Shown here: positions 8,329 to 16,071 of the stretch, piece by piece
How the letters are laid out: each line of letters starts with the position of its first letter
How positions within the stretch are numbered: position 1 is the first letter of the stretch
Assembly: GCA_022828225.1 (NCBI GenBank)
Contig: JAJEJG010000002.1
Location: forward strand, 20,268-84,267
Source of the DNA: Nitrospirales bacterium
GTDB lineage: Bacteria > Nitrospirota > Nitrospiria > Nitrospirales > UBA8639
DNA length: 64,000 bases
Reading direction: 5' to 3'
Made by a program: the position numbers and the translations under genes
The notes under the pieces: generated by a model
What the model was told of the DNA's origin: nothing
The model's input: the letters and a program-made list of their open reading frames with translations, nothing else
Databases searched by the model: none

Positions 8329-8483
8329 CATAGCAAAATAATAGCAGGACATAGCAGAAAACATAGCAAGTTATAGCAGAATCATAGCAAACATAGCGTG
8401 GCATAGCATGAAACATAGCAATCATAGCATGAAACATAGCAAGACATAGCAACAGTGCAACAAAACATAGCAAAAGCATAGCA
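8329..8483 (+). repeat. Helically phased array of 15 (C)ATAGCA heptamers
   Basis: ATAGCA starts at 8330, 8341, 8351, 8363, 8373, 8384, 8393 (ATAGCG), 8403, 8415, 8424, 8436, 8446, 8454 (AGTGCA), 8467, 8478. All share one orientation. Spacings run 8-13 bp, mean about 10.6. AT-rich and non-coding. Confidence 0.9.
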
Positions 8484-8484
8484 A

Positions 8485-8763
8485 TGTCATGCCCGACGCC
8501 GATCGGGCATCCAGCGTCTTTTCTTTTTCCTGCGGGGTTTCGCCCCCGCACGCCGAGGTTCCTTCGGCAGGTCCTTCGCGTTGCTCAGGACAAGCTCAGG
8601 ACAGGCTCTTTTATTTCGGCAAAAGGATCCAGAACCATCGGCGCCCGGGCGCAGCCCCGCCCGCAGGCGCCAAGACGTGGCGGCATAAGATGCCGCGGCT
8701 ACGAATGTAAAAAAATGAAAGGAGAGGACGCTGGATTCCCGATTAAAAATGTCGGGAATGACA
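8485..8763. repeat. Family-A arms enclosing about 200 bp (copy A2, expanded or compound)
   Basis: Left arm TGTCATGCCCGACGCCGATCGGGCATCCAGCGTCTTTT (8485-8522). Right arm AGGACGCTGGATTCCCGATTAAAAATGTCGGGAATGACA (8725-8763). Interior holds a family-C motif (8573-8606). Confidence 0.6.
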
Positions 8764-8870
8764 AGAGGGGAGTCGGGGCTGACAAGAGGGGCGTTGGGGA
8801 ATTGGGGATGCCAGGAAAGGAGGCGGACGCGTCTGTTCCGTCTGTGTCACGTCTATGCTAACATGAAAGC

Positions 8871-10244
8871 ATGAAACGGATTTTCGGACTGGAGTGTGAA
8901 TACGGGCTCACCTTCTCGCCCAACGGCCGGGTGTATCTGCCCATTGAAAAAATTCTGGGGTACATCTTCGAAGGGTTGATCCCGAACAGTTGGCCGTCCA
9001 ACGCGTTCCTGACGAACGGGGCCAGGTTTTATCAGGATACCGGGTGCCATCCCGAGTATGCCACGCCGGAGTGCGACGACATTTTCGAGTTGGTGGTGCA
9101 CGAAAAAGCCGGCGAGCGCATCCTGGAATCCTGTTTGCCCGCGGCGGAAGAACGTCTCCGGGAAGAAGGGCTGGCCGGGGACATCTATATTTTCAAGAAC
9201 AACACGGATTCCCTGGGGAACACCTACGGGTGTCATGAAAACTTTTTGATGCAGCGTGACGTGGATTTCTGGAAGGTGGCGGAACAGTTGATCCCGTTTT
9301 TCGTGACGCGACAGATTTATTCAGGCGCGGGGAAAGTGCTCAAGGTCTCGGGCAAACCGCACTATTTTCTGTCCCAGCGGGCCCAGCACATTCACGAAAA
9401 AACCTCGTCTTCCACGACCTCGTCCCGCAGCATCATCAACACGCGGGATGAGCCGCATGCGGATGCGGAACGGTATCGACGCCTCCATATCATTCTCGGG
9501 GATTCCAATATGTCGGAGTTCGCGACGTACCTGAAGGTCGGCACTGCGGATCTGGTGTTGTCCATGATCGAGGCCGGGTATTTTATCCAGGGTATTGAAT
9601 TGGAAGATCCCGTCAAAGCCATCAGGGAAATTTCCCGTGACCCCACGTTGAAGAAAAAGGTGAAATTGGACGACGGGCGGGAGTTCTCCGCCTTGGAAAT
9701 CCAACGCATCTTTTTGGAAAAGGCCTCGGAATTTCTCCACGCCCGGCCTTATGACAAGGTGCTGGCCGACGTGCTGACGGAATGGGAACGCGTATTGAAC
9801 GCATTGGCGGATGACCCCATGCAGTTGGTCAAGGAGGTCGATTGGGTGACGAAGCGCTGGATTATTCAGTCGTATATCGACCGCAAAGGGTGCGGGTGGG
9901 ATGATCCGCGAGTGGCGATGATGGATCTGCAATATCACGACGTGAACCGGAAGCGCGGGCTCTATTACATATTGGAGGCGCACGACAAGACGGTGAAAAT
10001 GGTGGATGAAGCCGCCGTGGAACGCGCCACGTCGATTCCGCCCCAGTCCACCCGCGCCAAGGTGCGAGGCGACTTTATCCGGTTCGCCCGGGCCAAGAAC
10101 CGGTCCTACACGGTCGATTGGACGTACTTGAAATTAAACGGCTATTGGGAAGAAACGATCTTGTGCATGGATCCTTTTTGTGCGTCCAGCCGGCGGGTGG
10201 ATGAACTATTGGCCCAGGTGTCTCCCGCCTCCCTCCGGACGTAA
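8871..10244 (+). CDS. pafA: Pup-protein ligase PafA
   Basis: 457 aa. MKRIFGLECEYGLTF...NAFLTNGARFYQDTGCHPEYATPECD matches PafA and is paralogous to Dop. Confidence 0.88.
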   Translation: MKRIFGLECEYGLTFSPNGRVYLPIEKILGYIFEGLIPNSWPSNAFLTNGARFYQDTGCHPEYATPECDDIFELVVHEKAGERILESCLPAAEERLREEGLAGDIYIFKNNTDSLGNTYGCHENFLMQRDVDFWKVAEQLIPFFVTRQIYSGAGKVLKVSGKPHYFLSQRAQHIHEKTSSSTTSSRSIINTRDEPHADAERYRRLHIILGDSNMSEFATYLKVGTADLVLSMIEAGYFIQGIELEDPVKAIREISRDPTLKKKVKLDDGREFSALEIQRIFLEKASEFLHARPYDKVLADVLTEWERVLNALADDPMQLVKEVDWVTKRWIIQSYIDRKGCGWDDPRVAMMDLQYHDVNRKRGLYYILEAHDKTVKMVDEAAVERATSIPPQSTRAKVRGDFIRFARAKNRSYTVDWTYLKLNGYWEETILCMDPFCASSRRVDELLAQVSPASLRT

Positions 10245-10245
10245 T

Positions 10246-11163
10246 ATGGACTTGCCTTCCTACTCTTTCCGCCCGACCGTTCGTCCGTGGCTCGTGGCAC
10301 TGGTGTTGGTGCTGGCGAGCGTGTTCCCGGTCAGCCTGTTGTTCAAGGACGGTCCGCGGTACTCCGTGGGGGCCGACGGACAAGTCAGCGGCAAACAGGG
10401 AGAAGTCGTGCTGGTGACGATCCCCGTCAAGGGCCGTCCGGACCGGATCACAGGGCGATTCTTAACACGCACGCTGACTTTTTTCCCCGTCAAGGAGCAG
10501 ACCTATGCCGGACTGCTGGGACTGGACATGCAGGACCGTCCCGGCCGGTATGAACTGACGATCGACGTCGTCTATCTCCAACGGACGGAACGCCGGAGTC
10601 TGTCGGTGTTGGTGATGAAGGAAGAGTATCCCGAGCAACGGTTGACCCTGCCCTCCAAGATGGTGGATCTCGATAAGAAAACCTTGGCCCGGGTCACGAC
10701 CGAATCCAAAGCCGTTCACGAGGCATTCGACGCTTTCGTGCCGCATCCCCTGTGGAAGGGCCGGTTTGTGGAGCCGGTTTCGGGAAAAATCTCCGGGCGA
10801 TTCGGCAGTCGCCGGGTCATCAACGGCCAGCCCAGAAAACCCCATAGCGGGGAAGACATCGCGGCGCCCAAAGGCACGCCCGTCGTAGCCATGAACGATG
10901 GGATGGTGCGCCTCACCGCGGATCACTTCTTCTCGGGAAAAGGGGTGATCGTGGATCATGGGCTCGGTCTCTTTTCCATGTACTTTCACCTATCCAGCGT
11001 GGACGTGAAACACGGCCAGGTCGTGAAAAAAGGGCAGGTGATCGGGAAGGTCGGCTCCACGGGACGGGCGACCGGCCCGCATCTCCATTGGGGGGTGCGC
11101 CTGAACGGATCACGAGTCGATCCCTACTCGTTGCTTGACCTGAGCGTTGGCGTCCGATCGTAA
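10246..11163 (+). CDS. M23 family metallopeptidase
   Basis: N-terminal TM/signal (WLVALVLVLASVF). C-terminal HSGEDIAAPKGTPV...HLHWGVRLNGSRVDP is the M23 LytM motif. ATG lies 2 nt after the pafA stop. Confidence 0.8.
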   Translation: MDLPSYSFRPTVRPWLVALVLVLASVFPVSLLFKDGPRYSVGADGQVSGKQGEVVLVTIPVKGRPDRITGRFLTRTLTFFPVKEQTYAGLLGLDMQDRPGRYELTIDVVYLQRTERRSLSVLVMKEEYPEQRLTLPSKMVDLDKKTLARVTTESKAVHEAFDAFVPHPLWKGRFVEPVSGKISGRFGSRRVINGQPRKPHSGEDIAAPKGTPVVAMNDGMVRLTADHFFSGKGVIVDHGLGLFSMYFHLSSVDVKHGQVVKKGQVIGKVGSTGRATGPHLHWGVRLNGSRVDPYSLLDLSVGVRS

Positions 11164-11184
11164 CCGGTTCTCCGACGTGTATCC

Positions 11185-11724
11185 ATGAACAACGTCTGTG
11201 TGTTTTGCGGCTCCCATACCGGCTCGAACAGCCGGTATGCCGAGATGGCCGGGCTGCTGGGCCAAGAACTCGCCGCGCGTGACCTGGGGCTGGTCTATGG
11301 CGGGGGCAACATCGGATTGATGGAGGTGCTGGCGAACGCCTGCCTGGCGGGAAATGGCCGGGTGATCGGGGTGATCCCGGAATTCATGGTGAACAACCAA
11401 TGGGCCCGGCACGATGTATCCGCGCTCCACGTGGTGGGATCGATGCATGCGCGCAAAGCCCTCATGGAAGACCTGGCCGATGCCTTCATCGCGCTGCCCG
11501 GAGGCTATGGGACCCTGGAAGAGTTTTGCGAAACGATCACCTGGCGCCAACTCGACTTACACCAAAAACCCTGCGGCCTGTTGAACGTGGACGGATTTTA
11601 CGATGGTTTCCTGGCGTTCCTGGACCATCAGACCCGTGAAGGATTCCTGGCCCCTGACAATCGCGCGTTAATCCGGGTTGCGTCCGACCCGGCCACGCTG
11701 CTCGATATGCTGACTGACGTCTGA
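11185..11724 (+). CDS. LOG family protein (cytokinin riboside 5'-monophosphate phosphoribohydrolase-like)
   Basis: 179 aa. VCVFCGS...LVYGGGNIGLM...VIGVIP...PGGYGTLEE are the diagnostic LOG/TIGR00730 motifs. Confidence 0.85.
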   Translation: MNNVCVFCGSHTGSNSRYAEMAGLLGQELAARDLGLVYGGGNIGLMEVLANACLAGNGRVIGVIPEFMVNNQWARHDVSALHVVGSMHARKALMEDLADAFIALPGGYGTLEEFCETITWRQLDLHQKPCGLLNVDGFYDGFLAFLDHQTREGFLAPDNRALIRVASDPATLLDMLTDV

Positions 11725-11749
11725 AGCTTGGAATGGAAATGGGGTCCGG

Positions 11750-11865
11750 TTCCTCCCCTTTGTAAGGGGGAGGTCAGGTGGGGTAGAACCAATTTCCCAA
11801 AGAGCAGGGGGGGCGTTCTAACCACAGGCTCTACCTCCCCTTGCCCCTCCTTACAAAGGAGGGGA
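11750..11865. repeat. Family-B inverted pair (B3)
   Basis: TTCCTCCCCTTTGTAAGGGGGAGGTCAGGTGGGGTAGA (11750-11788) and CTCTACCTCCCCTTGCCCCTCCTTACAAAGGAGGGGA (11829-11865). Confidence 0.85.
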
Positions 11866-11880
11866 ATAGAAAGGGCTGTC

Positions 11881-11935
11881 TGAGCGAGGACACAACGCCG
11901 CGATGCGCCCGATAGTGCGATAAAGCAGGGGTTCC
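11881..11935. mobile_element. Family-E right-half remnant (E3)
   Basis: TGAGCGAGGACACAACGCCGCGATGCGCCCGATAGTGCGATAAAGCAGGGGTTCC aligns with E1 positions 2352-2406. Abuts the stop codon of the next minus-strand gene. Confidence 0.7.
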
Positions 11936-12781
11936 CTAATAAGCCGCTGGCCGGGACAGCGGTTCGCTCGTCACCAATTCCACGACTCGCAGATTGTCGA
12001 ATGCGAATTTTCCGTCCCCGGTGGTCATGATTCCAATCCGGCCCGTGCGCAAGGTCGAGTCATAGACGGAGAGGAAGAATTGGTTGTCGAACGAAATCTC
12101 GAAAAAATCCTTGCTCACGATCGTATTTCTCTGAACCCGCAGGAAATGCCACGGCGTGCGTTTCTTCGGCAGGACCTCATGTTCCTTGATCAGGGTGGGT
12201 TTCCCGTCGGTAAAACGATAGGCCTTGACCATGTTGCTGGCCGGATAAATGAGGACGGCATAAAAGTTATCCGTATCCTGGAGGTTCAGCACCAGGCCGG
12301 CGGCCGAGCTCGGGGTCCCGAGTTTGGAGAGGATGCCCACCGTCAGGTCCAGGTATTCCACCTGAATATTATCGTTGACGAGCAGTTGATAGCAGCCGGG
12401 CTTTGGACAGGGCGTCGGCTGAAGCAGCACGTGGGAACGGCTGGGAGCATCGTCGGCAGTCATAAGCGACCATTCCGCTGGATACCCGTCCCCCAGGGTG
12501 TGGGAGGAAAACCCGGGCGGGAGAGCCGCGTCGAGATGTTTTTCAAAAGTCCATTCTTCAAAAATTGGAGGCGTATGACGCAAAACGGCGCGGGGCAGTT
12601 CCTTCAGGGGCTCGGCATCTTCAGCGAAAAGATCGGGAACGCTTGCACACAGGACAAGTGCCGCGGCCGCGAAGCCGAGCATGAGGCCGCGTGAAAACAA
12701 ATTGACCGTCTGCGATGAAAGGCGACGGGAAAGAACACGGGTATACGGAAAAGGATTTGTGTTATGCATGAATCTCACCAT
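11936..12781 (-). CDS. Secreted hypothetical protein, possibly DUF1080 (3-keto-disaccharide hydrolase-like) fold
   Basis: 281 aa. Signal-like LMLGFAAAALVLCASV. C-terminal GKFAFDNLRVVEL resembles DUF1080 C-termini. The start is uncertain because the first codons overlap a family-E terminal repeat. Confidence 0.4.
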   Translation of the reverse strand: MVRFMHNTNPFPYTRVLSRRLSSQTVNLFSRGLMLGFAAAALVLCASVPDLFAEDAEPLKELPRAVLRHTPPIFEEWTFEKHLDAALPPGFSSHTLGDGYPAEWSLMTADDAPSRSHVLLQPTPCPKPGCYQLLVNDNIQVEYLDLTVGILSKLGTPSSAAGLVLNLQDTDNFYAVLIYPASNMVKAYRFTDGKPTLIKEHEVLPKKRTPWHFLRVQRNTIVSKDFFEISFDNQFFLSVYDSTLRTGRIGIMTTGDGKFAFDNLRVVELVTSEPLSRPAAY

Positions 12782-12795
12782 AAATCAGAGGTTCC
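12780..12795. mobile_element. Isolated family-E terminal repeat (E4)
   Basis: ATAAATCAGAGGTTCC is identical to the 16-bp right terminus of E1. Same orientation as E3. Confidence 0.55.
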
Positions 12796-12880
12796 TGAGG
12801 GTTTGCCAATGGGTTCTCGACTAAATCATACGAAGAAAAAGTCCCTTGCTGCAAGGTGACAAAAGAGGGAAAAGATAATC

Positions 12881-13013
12881 TGTCATCCTCGACGCTTGTC
12901 CCCGACTTGATCGGGGACCCAGACATTCTACTGGGATCCAGGGTCTTTGCTTTGTTCGACATCCGTGAAGACAAAAGACACTGGATTCCCGATTATTAAC
13001 GTCGGGAATGACA
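12881..13013. repeat. Family-A compound element (A3)
   Basis: TGTCATCCTCGACGCTTGTCCCCGACTTGATCGGGGACCCAG...AAAGACACTGGATTCCCGATTATTAACGTCGGGAATGACA. Confidence 0.8.
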
Positions 13014-13042
13014 GTTAGGGCTATTTTCATGGCAATGCCGAT

Positions 13043-13765
13043 ATGCCGTTAATGAAAAAAAAGCAGTGGCAGAGCGCCGCACCGGACGATGAACGGGTGG
13101 CGTGGCTGGCGTTGGTGCCGGTTGGACTGACAGCGTGCTTTTATCTTCTTCCGGCCTCGGCCCGGGAGAACCTGTTCCTGCAATTCCTGCCGCAGTTCGC
13201 CGCATACGGAGCGCTGGTCATCTGGTGGAAAGCCAATACCGATGTGCTGCCGGCACTGGGACTTTCCCGGGACAGCCCGACGCGAGGCGTGGGGTGGGGG
13301 CTCGCCACGGGGTGTATCCTGGGTGTGGTCAATTCGACCGTGATCCTGTGGGTGGTCCCGGTGCTCGGTGGCGACGTGCGGTTTCTGGCGGACACGCCGC
13401 ATGCCCGGATGCCCGTGTTCGTGATGATCCCCTGGTTCACGGTCCTGATCGCGATTGCAGTCGAATTAAATTTTCGAGGGTTTCTTCTGGGCCGGCTGGA
13501 GTTTTTCTGTTGCCGGTGGCTGCCGGTGACGAGCGCACGAGGCCTCCGCCTTGGGTCGATCGTAGCGATGTTGGTGTCGGCCTTGGTCTTTGCATTCGAT
13601 CCGTTCATGGTGATGACGTTTCGGCATCTCCACTGGATTGCCGTCTGGGACGGACTCATTTGGGCGGTCCTCTTCGTGCGGTGGCGGAACCTGGGGACCG
13701 TGATCGCAGCCCACGCCATCGAGGTGATGATCCTGTATCTTAGCGTGAAAACGGCACTCGCGTGA
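13043..13765 (+). CDS. CPBP family intramembrane glutamic endopeptidase (CAAX protease-like)
   Basis: 240 aa, polytopic. AVELNFRGFLLGRL (EExxxR-type motif) and AAHAIEVM (HxxxN/D-type motif). Confidence 0.6.
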   Translation: MPLMKKKQWQSAAPDDERVAWLALVPVGLTACFYLLPASARENLFLQFLPQFAAYGALVIWWKANTDVLPALGLSRDSPTRGVGWGLATGCILGVVNSTVILWVVPVLGGDVRFLADTPHARMPVFVMIPWFTVLIAIAVELNFRGFLLGRLEFFCCRWLPVTSARGLRLGSIVAMLVSALVFAFDPFMVMTFRHLHWIAVWDGLIWAVLFVRWRNLGTVIAAHAIEVMILYLSVKTALA

Positions 13766-13899
13766 TCTTCCCTGCGTCGTTGACGGAGGGGACAGGATTT
13801 GCGCCCGGAACAAGTCTGGTGTAAGTCTAACAGGAATCCCTCATCAGGCTTGCCGTCTGCACACCAAGAGATGAAAATGAGGACACCTCTCCCCAATCC

Positions 13900-13928
13900 G
13901 TCATTCCCGATCGGGGTCGGGAATGACA
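13900..13928. repeat. Family-A minimal palindrome (A4)
   Basis: GTCATTCCCGA-TCGGGG-TCGGGAATGAC(A). The two family-A termini are joined directly as an 11-bp stem. Confidence 0.75.
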
Positions 13929-14010
13929 AAAAGGGGCTATTTTCATACCAAGATCATTCGACGATGAACGCTTGCTCGCCGTTACCAAGAATCCGGAGAG
14001 GAATCATGTG

Positions 14011-14436
14011 ATGGAAGAACTGGTCAAACCCATCGTTCAGGCTTTTTTGGTGTGCGATTCCGTGATCCTGGACAGCTTCACCAGAAAAAAGAGCATCATC
14101 GGCACGTTCACGCATTTGTGGGCGCCGCGCTTTCCTTGCCAGCATCCTCAGATGGGCGTGTATTTCTGTTTGACGGACGCGGAAGGACAGTATGAATTCG
14201 AACTCCGCCTCGTGTATTTGGATCAGGATCAGCTCATCGGGACCGCCTCGTTGCCGTCGGTCGCTATCAAGGACCGGTTGCAGATCCATGATTTCGGAGT
14301 GAATATTCCTGCCTTGGTCTTTCCCGCTCCGGGCCGGTATGAATTCCGCTTGTTTGCCAATGGTTACTTCGTCACCCAAAAAGACTTCAATGTAATCCAA
14401 CAAACCCCTCAGCAACCCAACCCCGAATCCTCATAG
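14011..14436 (+). CDS. Hypothetical protein
   Basis: 141 aa from ATG 14011, with GGAGAGG 9 nt upstream. Coding-like composition. No family recognised. Confidence 0.5.
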   Translation: MEELVKPIVQAFLVCDSVILDSFTRKKSIIGTFTHLWAPRFPCQHPQMGVYFCLTDAEGQYEFELRLVYLDQDQLIGTASLPSVAIKDRLQIHDFGVNIPALVFPAPGRYEFRLFANGYFVTQKDFNVIQQTPQQPNPESS

Positions 14437-14456
14437 TAAAGCCCTCGCACCCGGTT

Positions 14457-14520
14457 TGTCATCCTTGACTACTCCCGTCTGTCATTCCCGATATTTTTAA
14501 TCGGGAATCCAGCGTCTTTT
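14457..14520. repeat. Family-A left arm only (A5)
   Basis: TGTCATCCTTGACTACTCCCGTCTGTCATTCCCGATATTTTTAATCGGGAATCCAGCGTCTTTT. No matching right arm follows. Confidence 0.7.
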
Positions 14521-14692
14521 GTTTTTTCCTTCGTTCGTGAAGACATGGGACGGCACTCTTCGGCTTCGCTTAGGGCAGGCTCCGGCCGTCTTCTACACAG
14601 CCGGGCCTTGACTTATAACTGACGGGATTTATCTGTAATTCTGGAAGCGCTTCAACGGAAACAGAACAAGACAACATAAGAGGAGGTGCGAT

Positions 14693-15133
14693 ATGTTGGT
14701 CAAATGGAATCCGTTTCAAGAACTCGAACGAACCGTGGGCTGGTGGAATACGCAACCGTTTCAGCGTCCGCAATGGGATGATCCGGAGGCATCGGCGATC
14801 AACTGGGTCCCGCCGGTGAACGTCTATGAAGACAAAGAACACTTGTTTGTCGAAGCCCAATTGCCGGGTATCGACATGCAGGACGTGAAGATCTCCGTGA
14901 CCGACGACACGTTGCAACTGCACGGCGAGCGGAAAGAGGAACGCACGGAAGACCGGGACAATTATCATTTCCGTGAAGCGCAGTACGGATCGTTTGCCCG
15001 GAATTTCCGTCTTCCCGACTACGTCAACCCGGATCAGGCGTCGGCGCGGTACGAGAAAGGCGTGTTGATCGTACAGGTTCCCAAGCGGGAAGAAACCAAG
15101 CCCAAGTCGATCCCGATCAACGTCAAGGGCTAA
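14693..15133 (+). CDS. Hsp20/alpha-crystallin small heat-shock protein
   Basis: 146 aa. VPPVNVYEDKEHLFVEAQLPGIDMQDVKISV...FARNFRLPDYV...ARYEKGVLIVQVPK. GAGGAGG RBS. Confidence 0.9.
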   Translation: MLVKWNPFQELERTVGWWNTQPFQRPQWDDPEASAINWVPPVNVYEDKEHLFVEAQLPGIDMQDVKISVTDDTLQLHGERKEERTEDRDNYHFREAQYGSFARNFRLPDYVNPDQASARYEKGVLIVQVPKREETKPKSIPINVKG

Positions 15134-15192
15134 GGCGCGTCCGTTCTGAACATGCCGGTCGAGAGCCCCATTCACTCCCTCCGGGGCTCCAA

Positions 15193-15313
15193 TTCCCCTC
15201 CTTTGTAAGGAGGGGCAAGGGGAGGTAGAGGCTATGACCGGGAGAACGATCCTTGTGCTTCATGGTTAGTTAGTTCTACCCCACCCTCGCCCTCCCCTTA
15301 CAAAGGGGAGGGA
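15193..15313. repeat. Family-B inverted pair (B4)
   Basis: Units at 15193-15230 and 15274-15313, just downstream of the hsp20 stop. Confidence 0.85.
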
Positions 15314-15457
15314 ACGAGGTCGAATCCTGTGCGTCCCCGTTTTATCCCTTCTGGTCAGGCGGTCTGTCCCAGGGTTTCTTGTGAAAAATGTCCTGCTCGT
15401 TTAATCTGCCCCTCCTGATTGCAGGCATCCCATTCGAGCAATGCCAGGAGGAAACAA

Positions 15458-15883
15458 GTGATTGTTGTCACGTCACAGCTAGCGATACCCGAACAGGAAC
15501 TCCGGTTTCGCGCGTCACGCAGTAGTGGTCCGGGCGGGCAAAACGTCAACAAGGTGAATACGCGCGTGACGTTGCATTTTGACGTTCGGCATTCACCGTC
15601 GTTGACCCCCGGGCAAAAATCCCTGATCGGCAGAAAGCTCAAAACCCGCATCAACAAGGAAGGCGTGTTGTACCTGCACGCCCAACGGGCCGCAAGTCAG
15701 GCCATGAATCGAGCCGACCTGGTGGAGAAGTTCTGTCATCTCCTGCACGAAGCCTTGGCTCCCCGGAAGATCCGAAAAGAAACCCGCGTCTCCCAACGTT
15801 CCATTGAGAAACGACTGGATCAGAAAAAGCAGCGAGGACGGGTCAAGCAATTACGTCATCGATCAATCCGAGTCGAGGATTGA
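15458..15883 (+). CDS. arfB: Alternative ribosome-rescue factor ArfB (peptidyl-tRNA hydrolase, GGQ)
   Basis: LAIPEQELRFRASRSSGPGGQNVNKVNTRV plus a basic C-tail. GTG 15458 sits 7 nt after AGGAGG. The track ORF opens at 15419. Confidence 0.85.
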   Translation: MIVVTSQLAIPEQELRFRASRSSGPGGQNVNKVNTRVTLHFDVRHSPSLTPGQKSLIGRKLKTRINKEGVLYLHAQRAASQAMNRADLVEKFCHLLHEALAPRKIRKETRVSQRSIEKRLDQKKQRGRVKQLRHRSIRVED

Positions 15884-15927
15884 CTCTTTGACGAATGCCT
15901 CCTTCGGCCATTCCCGATTCCTTCTCT

Positions 15928-16030
15928 TGTCATCCTCGACATTTTTAATCGAGGATCCAGCGTCTTTGTTTTTTCATTGTCCGTAAAGATAAAAGACACT
16001 GGATTCCCGATTACTAACGTCGGGAATGAC
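15928..16030. repeat. Family-A element (A6)
   Basis: TGTCATCCTCGACATTTTTAATCGAGGATCCAGCGTCTTT...AAAGACACTGGATTCCCGATTACTAACGTCGGGAATGAC. Confidence 0.85.
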
Positions 16031-16071
16031 GGAAGGGAGCCATTTCCCCACCACCTGACAAGGAGCATCGC

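Noticed and set aside
8306-8551. 81-aa minus-strand ORF (MFHAMIAMFHAM...CYVFCYVLLLFCYV) across the heptamer array.
   Set aside because: Its periodic sequence is simply the translated CATAGCA repeat. The array has stops in other frames and no start or RBS context.
8484-8861. ORFs made of repeat sequence: 8484-8861, 5540-5812, 35398-35901, 43654-44253, 12762-13030 and 15856-16068.
   Set aside because: They consist almost entirely of translated family-A, B or C repeats (SFPTPIGNP, PLCKGRAGWG, LSLSKG-type strings).
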